From assembly GCA_965209155.1 (NCBI GenBank), contig OZ242383.1, positions 2,176,001-2,240,000 of the forward strand: a stretch of DNA of 64,000 bases, written 5' to 3'. Numbering within the stretch: the stretch's first letter is position 1; the number at the start of each line of letters is the position of its first letter. The notes beneath the pieces were generated by a model. The model made no database searches. It saw only the letters and a list, made by a program, of their open reading frames with translations, and was not told where the DNA came from. Origin of the DNA: a bacterium. Its GTDB lineage: Bacteria; SAR324; NAC60-12. Below are positions 1 through 9,328 of the stretch, piece after piece. The translations under genes were made by a program, and so were the position numbers.

Positions 1-164
1 ATTTCTTTATGATCATGAGCCAAAAAGCGAATGTTCACTTTGAATTTATTAATTTCTTATCTCGGCTCAGGTTAACTAGCTGGGAGAGCCCTCTCCTTAG
101 AAATAAGAGATTGGTCAAGAAAAGCAGGAAAATATCTGCTTTCATCAAAAAAATACTTGAATAG

Positions 165-178
165 CAGACAAATGTCTG
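165..178. promoter_or_regulatory. Palindrome CAGACA-AA-TGTCTG, candidate LexA operator overlapping a putative promoter
   Basis: Perfect palindrome just downstream of TTGAAT (157-162), upstream of the lexA-imuAB-dnaE2 operon. Confidence 0.4.
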
Positions 179-315
179 TTATTTATGAAATGCATTAACG
201 AAAAAGGACTTGTCCGGAACATGACACGCATGCCCATTGGGGGAGGAGAAATTCTTAAGACGCTGAAAGAGAAATGGATTTGTTGGGAGATGCTTTAACA
301 ATTTTTCAAACGTGA

Positions 316-492
316 ATCAGGAGTTAAAAAACGTGTCATTCCTGGCTTGACCAGGAATCCAGGGGGATACGGGCGATATTTTGGATGCCGGATCATCCCG
401 GTCCCGGATCAAGTCCGGGATGATCCGGGACCAGCATGGCACATCATAGTTATTTAATTATTGATTTTATAAATTAAATTTCAACTCCTGAT
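316..492. repeat. REP/RPE-like palindromic element
   Basis: Outer IR atcaggagttaaaa / tttcaactcctgat enclosing gtcattcctggcttgaccaggaatccag...tggatgccggatc and the nested hairpin ccggatcatcccgg...ccgggatgatccgg. Confidence 0.7.
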
Positions 493-543
493 GCGCATTT
501 TTTCAAGTAGAATTACTTGGTGATTAATTTAAGGGAAATTCAG

Positions 544-1158
544 ATGGCATATACGCAACCTGGAGAGACAAGAAAGAAGGTTTATGAATTTGTCCGGGAG
601 AGGATTCTGAATGGTACGCCACCGACTACGCGTGAGGTACAGCAGGAATTTGGCTTTCGGGCGATTCAATCAGCTCGACAGCATCTCGAGGCACTGGTAT
701 CTGAGGGAAAGTTGCTTAAAAACTCAAGGAAAGCTCGCTCTCATCAACTGCCTGAAACAAAAAAGGTTTGTCCCCCCAATTTAATCCCTATGTTAGGGCA
801 TGTTCAGGCAGGAGATTTAACCGAGGCATTGGAAGTCCCGAATGAATATATCCCGGTACAGACACGCTTTGACAATCAGGAACTCTTTGCTTTGACTGTA
901 GAAGGGGAAAGCATGCTCCAAGCTGGTATATTGGCAGGAGATACCGTGATAGTCCGTAAGCAGCCTACCGCTAGTACGGGGGACATCGTGGTAGCAATGG
1001 TCGGAGAGAAAGCAACCGTGAAAAGATACCGGGAAAAAGACGGACAGGTCGAATTACATCCAGAGAACGATTCCTTTGAACCGATTAACCTTCAAAAAGA
1101 AGGTGAACCTTTTGTATTGCTGGGTAAAGTCATAGAAGTGCGAAGGAACCTCGAATAA
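544..1158 (+). CDS. lexA: LexA SOS repressor
   Basis: N-terminal wHTH (PPTTREV), Ala-Gly cleavage site (VQAG), catalytic Ser (GESM) and Lys (ATVK); heads an imuAB-dnaE2 cassette. Confidence 0.95.
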   Translation: MAYTQPGETRKKVYEFVRERILNGTPPTTREVQQEFGFRAIQSARQHLEALVSEGKLLKNSRKARSHQLPETKKVCPPNLIPMLGHVQAGDLTEALEVPNEYIPVQTRFDNQELFALTVEGESMLQAGILAGDTVIVRKQPTASTGDIVVAMVGEKATVKRYREKDGQVELHPENDSFEPINLQKEGEPFVLLGKVIEVRRNLE

Positions 1159-1173
1159 ACCAAAAGAAAAGAG

Positions 1174-1809
1174 ATGGTAGCCTTACAAAAAAGTGACCTC
1201 AGGCAACTCAATCCCCGCCTTGAATGGATTCCAGAAACAAGACAGGTTAAAACGCCACTTTGGTCACGGACGCAATTGGCCGGACGTCTTTGTGAGATCT
1301 CCTCAGTTGCTGGAGGTGCTTTATTGACAGCTGCATTTCGCTTGGTGCTGGATGCTCAATTCGAGGGGGAACCGGTGGCTTGGATCTCAACATGTTCTGA
1401 GACTTTCTTTGCTCCTGACGTTGTCAAAAACGGGGTAGATCTGAATGCATTGGTGGTCATTCGAGTACCCAAGGTACAAACTGTGGCACGTGCAGCGGAC
1501 CATCTCTTGAAATCGGGAGCTTTTGGTTTGATTGTGATGGATTTGAATTCTAGTCCCAGCATTCCCATCCCAATGCAAATGCGTTTGGCTCAACAGGCAC
1601 GAATTCACGAAACCGCAATTCTTTTTCTGACTACTAAAACGCGAGAATCAGCTTCGTTGGGACCAATGATATCTTTGAGAGGACAAATCACTTGCCGGTA
1701 CCTGGAAGTCGATCACTTTCAATATGAAATTGAGATTTTGAAGGACAAACTTCATGGACCAGGTTGGCGACATATCGAGATCTGCCATGGGACGGGTGGC
1801 TTGCATTAA
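1174..1809 (+). CDS. imuA: ImuA-like RecA-fold protein
   Basis: RecA-like motifs with a degenerate P-loop (GRLCEIS, GVDLNAL, LLKSGAFGLIVMD); position in the cassette. Confidence 0.85.
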   Translation: MVALQKSDLRQLNPRLEWIPETRQVKTPLWSRTQLAGRLCEISSVAGGALLTAAFRLVLDAQFEGEPVAWISTCSETFFAPDVVKNGVDLNALVVIRVPKVQTVARAADHLLKSGAFGLIVMDLNSSPSIPIPMQMRLAQQARIHETAILFLTTKTRESASLGPMISLRGQITCRYLEVDHFQYEIEILKDKLHGPGWRHIEICHGTGGLH

Positions 1810-3241
1810 TATCCAGGTTCTACCGTTACAATTACTGCTGAGGAAACATCCCTCATGGAAAAACAGACCTGTTGCATTAATAAAAAAAGATACTCCTCAA
1901 AGCCCCATTCTGTTGGTTAACTCAGTGGCCAGGCGGGCCGGGATACGGTCGGGAATGCGCTACTCTTCCGCACTTTCTCTGGACCAGAATCTATGCGCTG
2001 GGACGGTTTCAGATAAAGAAATTCAGAAGTCGCTCCAGCAAATCCTCAAGCTGTTAGACCGATTCAGCCCCCGAGTTGAACTGTATGAGGAGGAACCGGG
2101 GATTTTCTGGATCGATGCAATGGGACTCGACAAGCTTTATGGATCTTTGGAGGACTGGACCAGACAGATTGTTTCTCAACTTTCACACTTACAGTTTCAT
2201 GTGAGTATCTCAGTTGGATTCACTCGTTTTGGCAGCTACGTCTCTGCCAGGGAAAAGAATCGAGTGATCGTTTTCCCTTCCAGCGAGGTTGAAAAGAGAG
2301 AATGCCGCAAGGTAAGGTTACGTTACCTGCATCTCGATCCGATGCTGCATGATCGACTCGAGAAATTGGCTATCCATACAGTGGGAGACTTCCTTGATCT
2401 ACCTGAAAACAGCATTGGCATTAATCTGGGAAAACAAGCTTGGAGATTTTACCAATTTGCATCGGGAGAACTCTCGTTACCAATCCAGTCCCATAGATTT
2501 CAAGAACCTCTATGCGCATGGATAGACTTGAATGAATGCGATTGTAATTCCATGAGATTGCTTTTTTGGATCAAACGGTTATTCAATCCCATTCTGAAGA
2601 AAATTGCAGAAAGATGCCAGGCAGTATCAGCCCTCCAATTGCAGATTCTGTTCGAGAACGGAGAACGTCACCGACATCGCATTCAAGCTGCAAGACCAAC
2701 CTTGCAGGGGGCAATCATTCTGGATTTGGTCCGTTTGCACCTGGAGACAGTTTCCTTCCATGTTTTACCCATTGAATTGTTTTTCAGGGTGGAAGGAGTG
2801 CGTGTTTCTGCTGAGGAATTGAAGCTGCTGCAGAAAAATCCACTGCGTAATTCAGAGGCGGCTATGAACGCCCTGGCTCGATTAAGGGCCGAGTTTGGTC
2901 CAGGTTCGGTGCTCTCTGTCCGTCTCAAATCAGGCCATTTGCCAGAGGCATGTTTCGAGTGGCAGTCTTTCAAGAGTTTCAATGATGCCAACCCGCGATT
3001 TGTCTCTATGCGCTCTTTGATCCGACGTATCTACACGCGACCCGAATTTTTAGGAAAATCGCCAGAGAAAAAAAACCTCTCACCCGGCTCGAGACGATTT
3101 GAATATCGCATCAATGGGGGATGGTGGAATCGAGAAGTGCGAAGAAATTATCGCTTCGTCAAGTCTGAACGAGGGGAAATTCTCTGGATTTTTTATGACG
3201 AACTAAGAAGGTCTTGGTACTCTCAAGGTCGAGTCGAGTGA
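1787..3241 (+). CDS. imuB: ImuB, catalytically inactive Y-family polymerase-like protein
   Basis: Y-family N-terminal motifs ([16 protein letters not shown]) and C-terminal GGWW...RRNY...WIFYD; lies between imuA and dnaE2. Confidence 0.9.
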   Translation: MGRVACINIQVLPLQLLLRKHPSWKNRPVALIKKDTPQSPILLVNSVARRAGIRSGMRYSSALSLDQNLCAGTVSDKEIQKSLQQILKLLDRFSPRVELYEEEPGIFWIDAMGLDKLYGSLEDWTRQIVSQLSHLQFHVSISVGFTRFGSYVSAREKNRVIVFPSSEVEKRECRKVRLRYLHLDPMLHDRLEKLAIHTVGDFLDLPENSIGINLGKQAWRFYQFASGELSLPIQSHRFQEPLCAWIDLNECDCNSMRLLFWIKRLFNPILKKIAERCQAVSALQLQILFENGERHRHRIQAARPTLQGAIILDLVRLHLETVSFHVLPIELFFRVEGVRVSAEELKLLQKNPLRNSEAAMNALARLRAEFGPGSVLSVRLKSGHLPEACFEWQSFKSFNDANPRFVSMRSLIRRIYTRPEFLGKSPEKKNLSPGSRRFEYRINGGWWNREVRRNYRFVKSERGEILWIFYDELRRSWYSQGRVE

Positions 3242-4601
3242 TATAATTGAGGATAATATGATCAACAAAAAAAATGACAACGTCTTAACTTTGAATTCTA
3301 AATATGTCGATCCACAGAATTTTAATTGCGGTCCATCTTATGTTCCCCTCTGGTGTAAGAGCAACTATTCATTTCTGGAAGGAGCCAGCCATCCCGAGGA
3401 GTTGATTGACACCTGCCTGCATAATGGCATTGATTCACTAGCGCTCACTGATCGCAATGGAGTCTATGGAAGCGTCAGGGCTCATGTTCGCGCTTCGCAG
3501 TTGGAAATTCACTTAATCATTGGCTCTCAAATCAGTTTGCAGGATGGATCGGAATTCCTTTTGCTGGTGCAAAACAAAGAAGGTTACCAAAACCTCTGTC
3601 GTTTGTTGACTGAAGGGCACCTGGGTTCTACAAAGGGGGATTGTAAGCTGGGTTTGCTGGAAGTTTGCCAGTACAACCCCGGTTTACTAATTCTCTGGAT
3701 TGGTCAGTCCGATCCAAATACTGCTCGGGAACACGATCCGGAGCCTGTTCTGGAGCAACTCAAAACAGCATTTGAAGACCGTCTTTATATGATTGTATCC
3801 AGACACTATCAGGCGGAAGAGGTACTATGGGAGGAAAAAAGGCGCAAATTAGCGATAGGCTTGGAGTTGTCCACAGTGGCTGCCGTGGAAGTTCTTTATC
3901 ACACTACCGAACGGCGTCGATTGCAGGATGTTCTGACCTGTATTCGAGAAGGAGTGACCCTGACCACGGCGGGTAAAATTATCAAGCCAAACGACCAGTA
4001 TGCTTTGCAGAGTCCGGATGATTTTGCGCATCTTTTTCACGATGATCCTCAGTCTGTCCTGAGATCCCGGGAAATTGCCACACGCTGTTCTTTTTCACTG
4101 AAAGAGCTACATTATCGTTACCCATTAGATAAATTACCAGGAGGTAAGACTTCCAGCCAATATTTACGAGATAAAACTTTCGAAGGCGCTGCTTATCGCT
4201 TGGGCAGGAAATTTAAAGAACACATTCCACAATTGGAAAGAGAACTCGACCTGATCGAGGAACTGGAATATGAAGGCTACTTTCTGACCATGTACGACAT
4301 TGTAGAATTCTGCCGCCGTCAGGATATCCTTTGCCAGGGTCGAGGGTCGGCTGCCAATTCTTCCGTCTGTTTTGCCTTAGGGATCACCAGTGTAGATCCA
4401 ACCCGGGTGGATCTCCTTTTCGAGCGTTTTTTATCGAGGGAAAGGGCGGAACCACCAGATATTGATCTTGATATCGAGCACAAACGACGGGAAGAGGTGA
4501 TTCAGTATGTTTACGAAAGGGGATTATATACATAAGTAAAATGACACTGCCAAAGCAACGCACTTGACTTGCCAGAGATAGAACACTAATATAATAAAAA
4601 A

Positions 4602-4700
4602 GGCGCCATAAGATTTGACCGAATCTCATGACGCCAAAAGTTGTTCAGTCCGAAAGTACCCACCGAAGACATAAACAACGTGGTAATGAGATTTTCTCAT
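4602..4700 (+). ncRNA. Putative structured small RNA near the element end
   Basis: Consecutive hairpins ggcgccataagatt...aatctcatgacgcc, gttgtt...aaacaac and atgaga...tctcat, downstream of TTGACT-17-TAATAT / TATAAT. Confidence 0.35.
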
Positions 4701-4814
4701 AGTTTAAGTCATTTGTAAAACTTTTTGACTGAAATAATTTTCTTTCAAAAGGTCTATAAAATGACGATCAATATTTATTATAAATGTAGGGTTTATAACC
4801 ATCCAAAGAAAAAA

Positions 4815-5117
4815 TTATTTCGTATAAATTGGACTAGATTCGTATTCTTCTTTATTCTGTCTGTCATTCTTTTTCTTCTTTGATCCTTTACCCTTCATAT
4901 AATGCCACTCTCCCGAAGATTTCGGGGGAGCGTTTAATAAACTCTTTGCAATCTCTCCAGCCCTGTCATGTATAAGTTGAGGTATCCCCTGCCCACTTCG
5001 TACCTCATGAAATATTTGAGATTCGAGAGTTCTCATTTTCATTGAGACTTGATCAGAATTATCTGACTCAGTCCATGATTTTACTGGACGGCCAACCTTT
5101 CTTTTTTCTTTTTTCAT
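4815..5117 (-). CDS. Small basic protein with an AT-hook-like KVGRP motif (IS1595 accessory ORF)
   Basis: KVGRP...LLNAPPK...EWHYMK, homologous to the ORF at 8377-8535; RBS aagga. Confidence 0.7.
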   Translation of the reverse strand: MKKEKRKVGRPVKSWTESDNSDQVSMKMRTLESQIFHEVRSGQGIPQLIHDRAGEIAKSLLNAPPKSSGEWHYMKGKGSKKKKNDRQNKEEYESSPIYTK

Positions 5118-5224
5118 TTTACATCCTTAATGCTTCAAAGAAGCCCTTTCTAAATAGCGTTCTATAATACTAAAATACTGAAGCATAGAAACCGTTACAG
5201 TAATATTCTATTAACTCATAACTT

Positions 5225-5644
5225 TTACGGCTTGGGCCACACAACACAAAAGACAGAATTGTATTTATCGAAATTGAAATTACCACGTCTTCCGACATCT
5301 CTTCTCATGGACAATATAACATTACTTATCTGTTGATACCCTGGCATGAGCCGGTAATTGCAATCGAACACTTTTCTTAATAAAAGTACTTTTTCTATCG
5401 TGTCTTCATTGGCATACAGTAAGAAATTGGCAGCTGTCAATGACCTTCGTTTGTGCTCTTCGTGTACAAGACCTGTTTCTTCACTTGATCGAAGAATGAG
5501 GGCTTCAAGATAAGAACTGTAGGCATGGGTTGCAGCTTCTTTGCTCAATTCATGATTCACTACAATTATGCCACCAATAATAGTTACTACTGTAGTAACG
5601 ACTGCCACTAAAAGTATAGTAACCTGTTTTGTCAATTCATTCAT
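5225..5644 (-). CDS. Hypothetical protein with an N-terminal TM anchor (cargo)
   Basis: 139-aa ORF with hydrophobic N-terminus, co-oriented with the other cargo genes. Confidence 0.65.
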   Translation of the reverse strand: MNELTKQVTILLVAVVTTVVTIIGGIIVVNHELSKEAATHAYSSYLEALILRSSEETGLVHEEHKRRSLTAANFLLYANEDTIEKVLLLRKVFDCNYRLMPGYQQISNVILSMRRDVGRRGNFNFDKYNSVFCVVWPKP

Positions 5645-5674
5645 ACTTTAATATCAGGCTAAAGATTCATAAAA

Positions 5675-5920
5675 CTATTTACCTTTCTTAGACTTCTTTC
5701 CGTCAAAAGATATTCCCTGTTCTTTTGCTACGTTATCGGCAAGAATTTCCCATTTTTTCATAACTCTCCTTGAATCATCTATAAGACCCTGCATTTCTTT
5801 ATCTAATTCTTTTTTTGGCATTTTATCTTTCCCTTCAAATTGTTTTTTGAAAAATTTCAATATCTTCGATAAATATTTGATGTACTCCCATATTTCACGA
5901 ATATCAATATTAAATTCCAT
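5675..5920 (-). CDS. Hypothetical small helical protein (cargo)
   Basis: 81-aa ORF co-oriented with the cargo genes. Confidence 0.55.
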   Translation of the reverse strand: MEFNIDIREIWEYIKYLSKILKFFKKQFEGKDKMPKKELDKEMQGLIDDSRRVMKKWEILADNVAKEQGISFDGKKSKKGK

Positions 5921-6069
5921 TCGCTTTTATTTCTCTAATTCTGCCTAAGAATCAGAATAAATTACCTGGCACCACCAAAAGATCCCCGGAATTCACCATC
6001 TGCTGCATTTGATTATAGGCCAAAGTAATTTAGCAAAAGCCCAATAGTCAGATATATTCGGATATTCCA

Positions 6070-6720
6070 TTAATTAGATTCTCCGAATTGCCTTTGAATA
6101 ACTCTTTTTTCAGCAGAATCAAATTCCAGTCCCCACTGTTTCTTAATTTCAATCCAGATCCGCATATATTCCCTTTGATACTCTTTATTGGGAGGTAACC
6201 ATTGAGCAATGTCTTTAGCTCCCTTGCTTCGGTTAGCACCCCGATAAACTGCAATAAGATGATCCTTATTTTGCAGGGAGTTTGCATATTGACTTTTTCT
6301 TGATCTGCTCCAGTTTTTTGCACCAGATAAATAAGCTTCTTTCAAAGGGACTACGTGATCCACATCAAGCATTGACGGGTCAGTAAAGATACGTCCCGTA
6401 TAGGGATCAAGCCACCTACCAGAAACAACAATACATTGCCTTGCTGTCTTAAAAGTAACCGGGACTAGACTTTCTTCAATCAAGACTTCATGCCGGGTAT
6501 TTTGGCAATCCCTGTCGGAATCAATCCAGTTGCCCCAGTTGCTTCGATTATAACCTGAACTTTGTTGAGGTTGTCGAGGTGGCCTTTTTGATACATGACA
6601 ATGATAATCTCCTGTCTTCCGATTATTGTGACACCCGTCCTTATTCGTTCGGCCTGAATGAGCAAAAGAGAGAGATACCAGAGAGAAAACCAAAGTCAAA
6701 AATAGAATTCCTGTTTTCAT
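6070..6720 (-). CDS. Secreted YHYH-motif plus HNH (DUF1524-like) endonuclease
   Basis: Signal peptide, HSGRTNKDGCH...DYHCH, and nuclease motifs DSDRDCQNTR, LDVDHVVPL, NRSKGAKD. Confidence 0.85.
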   Translation of the reverse strand: MKTGILFLTLVFSLVSLSFAHSGRTNKDGCHNNRKTGDYHCHVSKRPPRQPQQSSGYNRSNWGNWIDSDRDCQNTRHEVLIEESLVPVTFKTARQCIVVSGRWLDPYTGRIFTDPSMLDVDHVVPLKEAYLSGAKNWSRSRKSQYANSLQNKDHLIAVYRGANRSKGAKDIAQWLPPNKEYQREYMRIWIEIKKQWGLEFDSAEKRVIQRQFGESN

Positions 6721-6735
6721 CTTTCATTCTAACAT

Positions 6736-6984
6736 TTAGTCAGATTGGGGGTTAATAACTTTAGAATTTGATTCGATCTTAATTAAACAACCTCTGATAT
6801 CCATTAAAATAAATATGATCCCAACACTAATAGATCCAACAATAAATCCAAAAAATCCTCCCAATATTACCATACCTGGTTGGTTGGGTATAAAAAATCC
6901 TGGTGCCACCAATCCTAAAATAACCCAAAATATTAAAAGAAGATAACAAGACAAATTTAATGTATTAATTACCAATTTCCTCAT
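6736..6984 (-). CDS. Small 2-TM membrane protein (cargo)
   Basis: 82 aa, two hydrophobic segments, LMDIR motif, RBS ggag. Confidence 0.7.
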   Translation of the reverse strand: MRKLVINTLNLSCYLLLIFWVILGLVAPGFFIPNQPGMVILGGFFGFIVGSISVGIIFILMDIRGCLIKIESNSKVINPQSD

Positions 6985-7303
6985 ATTATCTCCTTATTTA
7001 AAAAGTTCTTTAAAAGCATCCTTTAATTCCTGCGTCGCATTATCTAATTCAACCATTTCTTCTCGGAATTCTTGTTTGAATTCTCCATGCGTTAGATCAG
7101 GATTATAAGACGGAGATAATTGGACACTAGTAAAAAGAATAATAACTGAGCCAATCAAAACAACTACAGCTCGTCTTCTAGTTGATAAATAAAAAAGGGA
7201 ATTATATACAAAGTTAACCATGGATTTGCAGGCCGGGCGCTACGCCTCGCCTAATCCCAGTCCAAAAATAATAAACAAAAATGAATAAAAACGCATTTTT
7301 TTG

Positions 7304-7332
7304 TTGACAGACTGTGATTTATTGGTTAATAT
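7304..7332 (+). promoter_or_regulatory. Sigma70 promoter of the nested transposase
   Basis: TTGACA-17 bp-TAATAT, followed by RBS ggag and the ATG at 7369. Confidence 0.7.
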
Positions 7333-7368
7333 ACTTCTAAAATTATTAACTTTTCATGGAGTTGAAAA

Positions 7369-8301
7369 ATGGCAGAAGCACCCGGAAAAAATCACAGAAA
7401 AGGCATCACGGTTTTGGAACTGATGGACATGTTCCCAGATGACAAGACGGCTGAAAAAATGTTCATTGATAAGCGATGGCCTGATGGGATACGATGTGCA
7501 CATTGTGAAAGCGAGCGAATTATAAAGTATGAAAATTCTAAAAATCCGATGCCGTTTCGTTGTAAAGATTGTAGGAAGTTTTTTTCAGTGAAGACCGGAA
7601 CGGCTATGGAAGCTTCTAAAATTGGTTACCGGAAGTGGGCTTTCGCTTTCTATCTGATGGCCACGAATATCAAAGGGGTTGCCAGTATGAAGCTATACCG
7701 GGAATTGGGATTTACTCAAAAAACGGCATGGTTTGTCAATCATAGAATCCGGGAATGCTGGAATAATAACAAACCTCTTTTTAATGGTCCGGTTGAAATG
7801 GACGAGACTTATGTAGGGGGTAAGGAATCTCTGAAACATGAGTCTAAAAAGAAGAAAGAGGGACGGGGTACGGTTGGCAAATCCCCAGTTGTAGGTATTA
7901 AGGATCGAGAGACCGGACAAGTGGTAGCCACCGCAACGGAAGATACAAAGAAGCCGGTTATTGAGAAGATGATCCAGGAATATGTAAAACAAAATTCCAT
8001 GATTTATACAGACGAAGCTACCGTTTATAAGGGGCTTCCTAATCATGAATCTGTCCGGCATAGCCACGATGAATACGTGAGAGGAGATGTCCATACTGCT
8101 GGTATTGATTCCTTCTGGAGTATGCTCAAAAGGGGACACAAAGGGACATATCACAAAATGAGTGCCAAGCATTTGGATCGCTATGTTAAGGAATTTGCTG
8201 GTAGGCAAAATCAGCGAGAGCTTGATACCCTGGCACAAATCGAATCAATGGCCAAAGGCATGGAAGGAAAACGGCTTAAGTATAAAAATCTGATAGCTTG
8301 A
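7369..8301 (+). CDS. IS1595-family DDE transposase
   Basis: Zn ribbon (CAHC...CKDC), HTH, VEMDETYVGG, IYTDE, HTAGIDSFWSMLKRG, YVKEF. Confidence 0.96.
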   Translation: MAEAPGKNHRKGITVLELMDMFPDDKTAEKMFIDKRWPDGIRCAHCESERIIKYENSKNPMPFRCKDCRKFFSVKTGTAMEASKIGYRKWAFAFYLMATNIKGVASMKLYRELGFTQKTAWFVNHRIRECWNNNKPLFNGPVEMDETYVGGKESLKHESKKKKEGRGTVGKSPVVGIKDRETGQVVATATEDTKKPVIEKMIQEYVKQNSMIYTDEATVYKGLPNHESVRHSHDEYVRGDVHTAGIDSFWSMLKRGHKGTYHKMSAKHLDRYVKEFAGRQNQRELDTLAQIESMAKGMEGKRLKYKNLIA

Positions 8302-8376
8302 ATATTTGCATTCCTGCATGATCAGATTAGCTACTTGATTGTGAAGGAATGTCAACAATATATCAGGAGATTTAAA

Positions 8377-8535
8377 ATGAAAACAAAAGAGAAGAAAAAA
8401 GTAGGAAGACCCGCCAAGCCGATGCCGGAAAAGATTAACGCAACGGCAGACGAGATCATAACTGTGTTTTTAAAATCCCCGCCCCGGCGTTCTGATCAAT
8501 GGAAATTTATGCAGAAGGAAGAAAGTAAAGAGTAG
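8377..8535 (+). CDS. Small KVGRP-motif accessory protein of the nested IS
   Basis: RBS aggag; MKTKEKKKVGRPAKPMPEKI...SPPRRSDQWKFMQ; paralog of 4815-5117. Confidence 0.7.
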   Translation: MKTKEKKKVGRPAKPMPEKINATADEIITVFLKSPPRRSDQWKFMQKEESKE

Positions 8536-8747
8536 GCCGTGATTACTCTTTACGTTGGGATGTCAAGTGTGTGAATCCGTGGTTAACTTTGTATATAATT
8601 CCCATAAAAAAGAGATAAAGGACGAAACAGAGCAATCAATGATATTGCACCAACAATCAAACTGATTAATACTAAAATCGTACTTATTGCTTCCATAACA
8701 CATTCTCCATGAAAATAATTGCAATTGACGCCTATTGAAAAAGCGCC

Positions 8748-8895
8748 GGGTTATTGCAACAAAAAACACGTTTAGAATGTGAAATGTCCCGATTATTTGT
8801 CTGGTCTCCAGGAGCGACCCTTTGACCAATATGCTGGACTATTCTATTCATCGGGTAACCCGACAAAAGAACGTATTTTTTGTTGCGTAATACTC
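8748..8895 (-). ncRNA. Structured unit D, probable leader of the cargo operon
   Basis: Long closing stem gcaacaaaaaa(c/t)acgtt (8756-8772 with 8870-8886) plus internal stems tagaat/attcta and tcgggtaacccga. Confidence 0.45.
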
Positions 8896-8967
8896 GTTAT
8901 CTCATAAAGAATCCATTTATTCAAGAAATTATTTGAAATTCATTAAATATTATCTTATTATTTGAGT

Positions 8968-9036
8968 ATTGACCTATCCCAACAGAAGGGTATCTGCTTA
9001 CCAAGAGCTCCGTACTCTTCTAAGGGATGGGTCAAT
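8968..9036 (+). ncRNA. Structured unit C, putative sRNA
   Basis: 13-bp closing stem attgacctatccc/gggatgggtcaat (G.U on the + strand), two internal hairpins, TTGAAA-17-TATTAT ending 7 nt before the stem. Confidence 0.5.
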
Positions 9037-9041
9037 TAAAC

Positions 9042-9155
9042 TGGAATTAACATTGCTTAACCAATACAGAATAGCAGAGGGAACAGATTATAGGACCGTG
9101 CAAAGTCACATTTGCTTTGTTTTATAATCCGGGTGGTACCGCCCCCCTCTGCTAT
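9042..9155 (+). ncRNA. Structured unit A with a sigma54-type promoter
   Basis: TGGAATTAACATTGC (9042-9056); stem atagcagaggg/ccctctgctat; inner stem gattataggac/gttttataatc; paralog of unit B. Confidence 0.55.
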
Positions 9156-9213
9156 ACAAGAAATTAGATTCTTATATTGAAGTCCTTCCCCTAAAAAATT
9201 TCATAATCGATTA

Positions 9214-9328
9214 TGGCATTGACCTTGCCTATCCAATACAGGATAGCAGGGGTTTATCATCGGGACCGAGTGGGGTTTATCCTCTCCCCATTGATGACAA
9301 TTAATGGTGTGGTTCCATCCCCTGCTAT
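9214..9328 (+). ncRNA. Structured unit B with a sigma54-type promoter
   Basis: TGGCATTGACCTTGC (9214-9228); stem atagcagggg/cccctgctat; inner stem ttatcatcgg/ttgatgacaa; ends at the transposase stop codon. Confidence 0.55.

Larger units (their letters stand above)
7197..8603 (+). mobile_element. Nested IS1595-family insertion sequence, 1407 bp
   Basis: TIRs gggaattatatacaaagttaacca(t/c)ggatt at both ends; 8-bp TSD ataaaaaa (7189-7196, 8604-8611). Confidence 0.96.
6994..8696 (-). pseudogene. Small membrane protein gene split by the nested IS
   Basis: Removing the nested IS and one TSD gives MEAISTILVLISLIVGAISLIALFRPLSLFYLSTRRRAVVVLIG...ELFK; RBS ggag upstream of the ATG at 8696. Confidence 0.8.

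Noticed and set aside
9113..9132. Similarity of a unit A arm (minus strand ggattataaaacaaag) to the TIRs as a bridge-RNA-like guide
   Set aside because: Only ~8 contiguous AT-rich matches and absent from unit B; no match to the dnaE2 target site seen.
9128..9145. T-box-like GGGTGGTACCGC in unit A
   Set aside because: Not conserved in paralog B, no stem I or terminator, and no amino-acid gene downstream.
8748..9328. Retron, integron attC or CRISPR interpretation of the structured units
   Set aside because: No reverse transcriptase, integrase or cas gene in the window; no RYYYAAC/GTTRRRY ends; no repeat-spacer periodicity.
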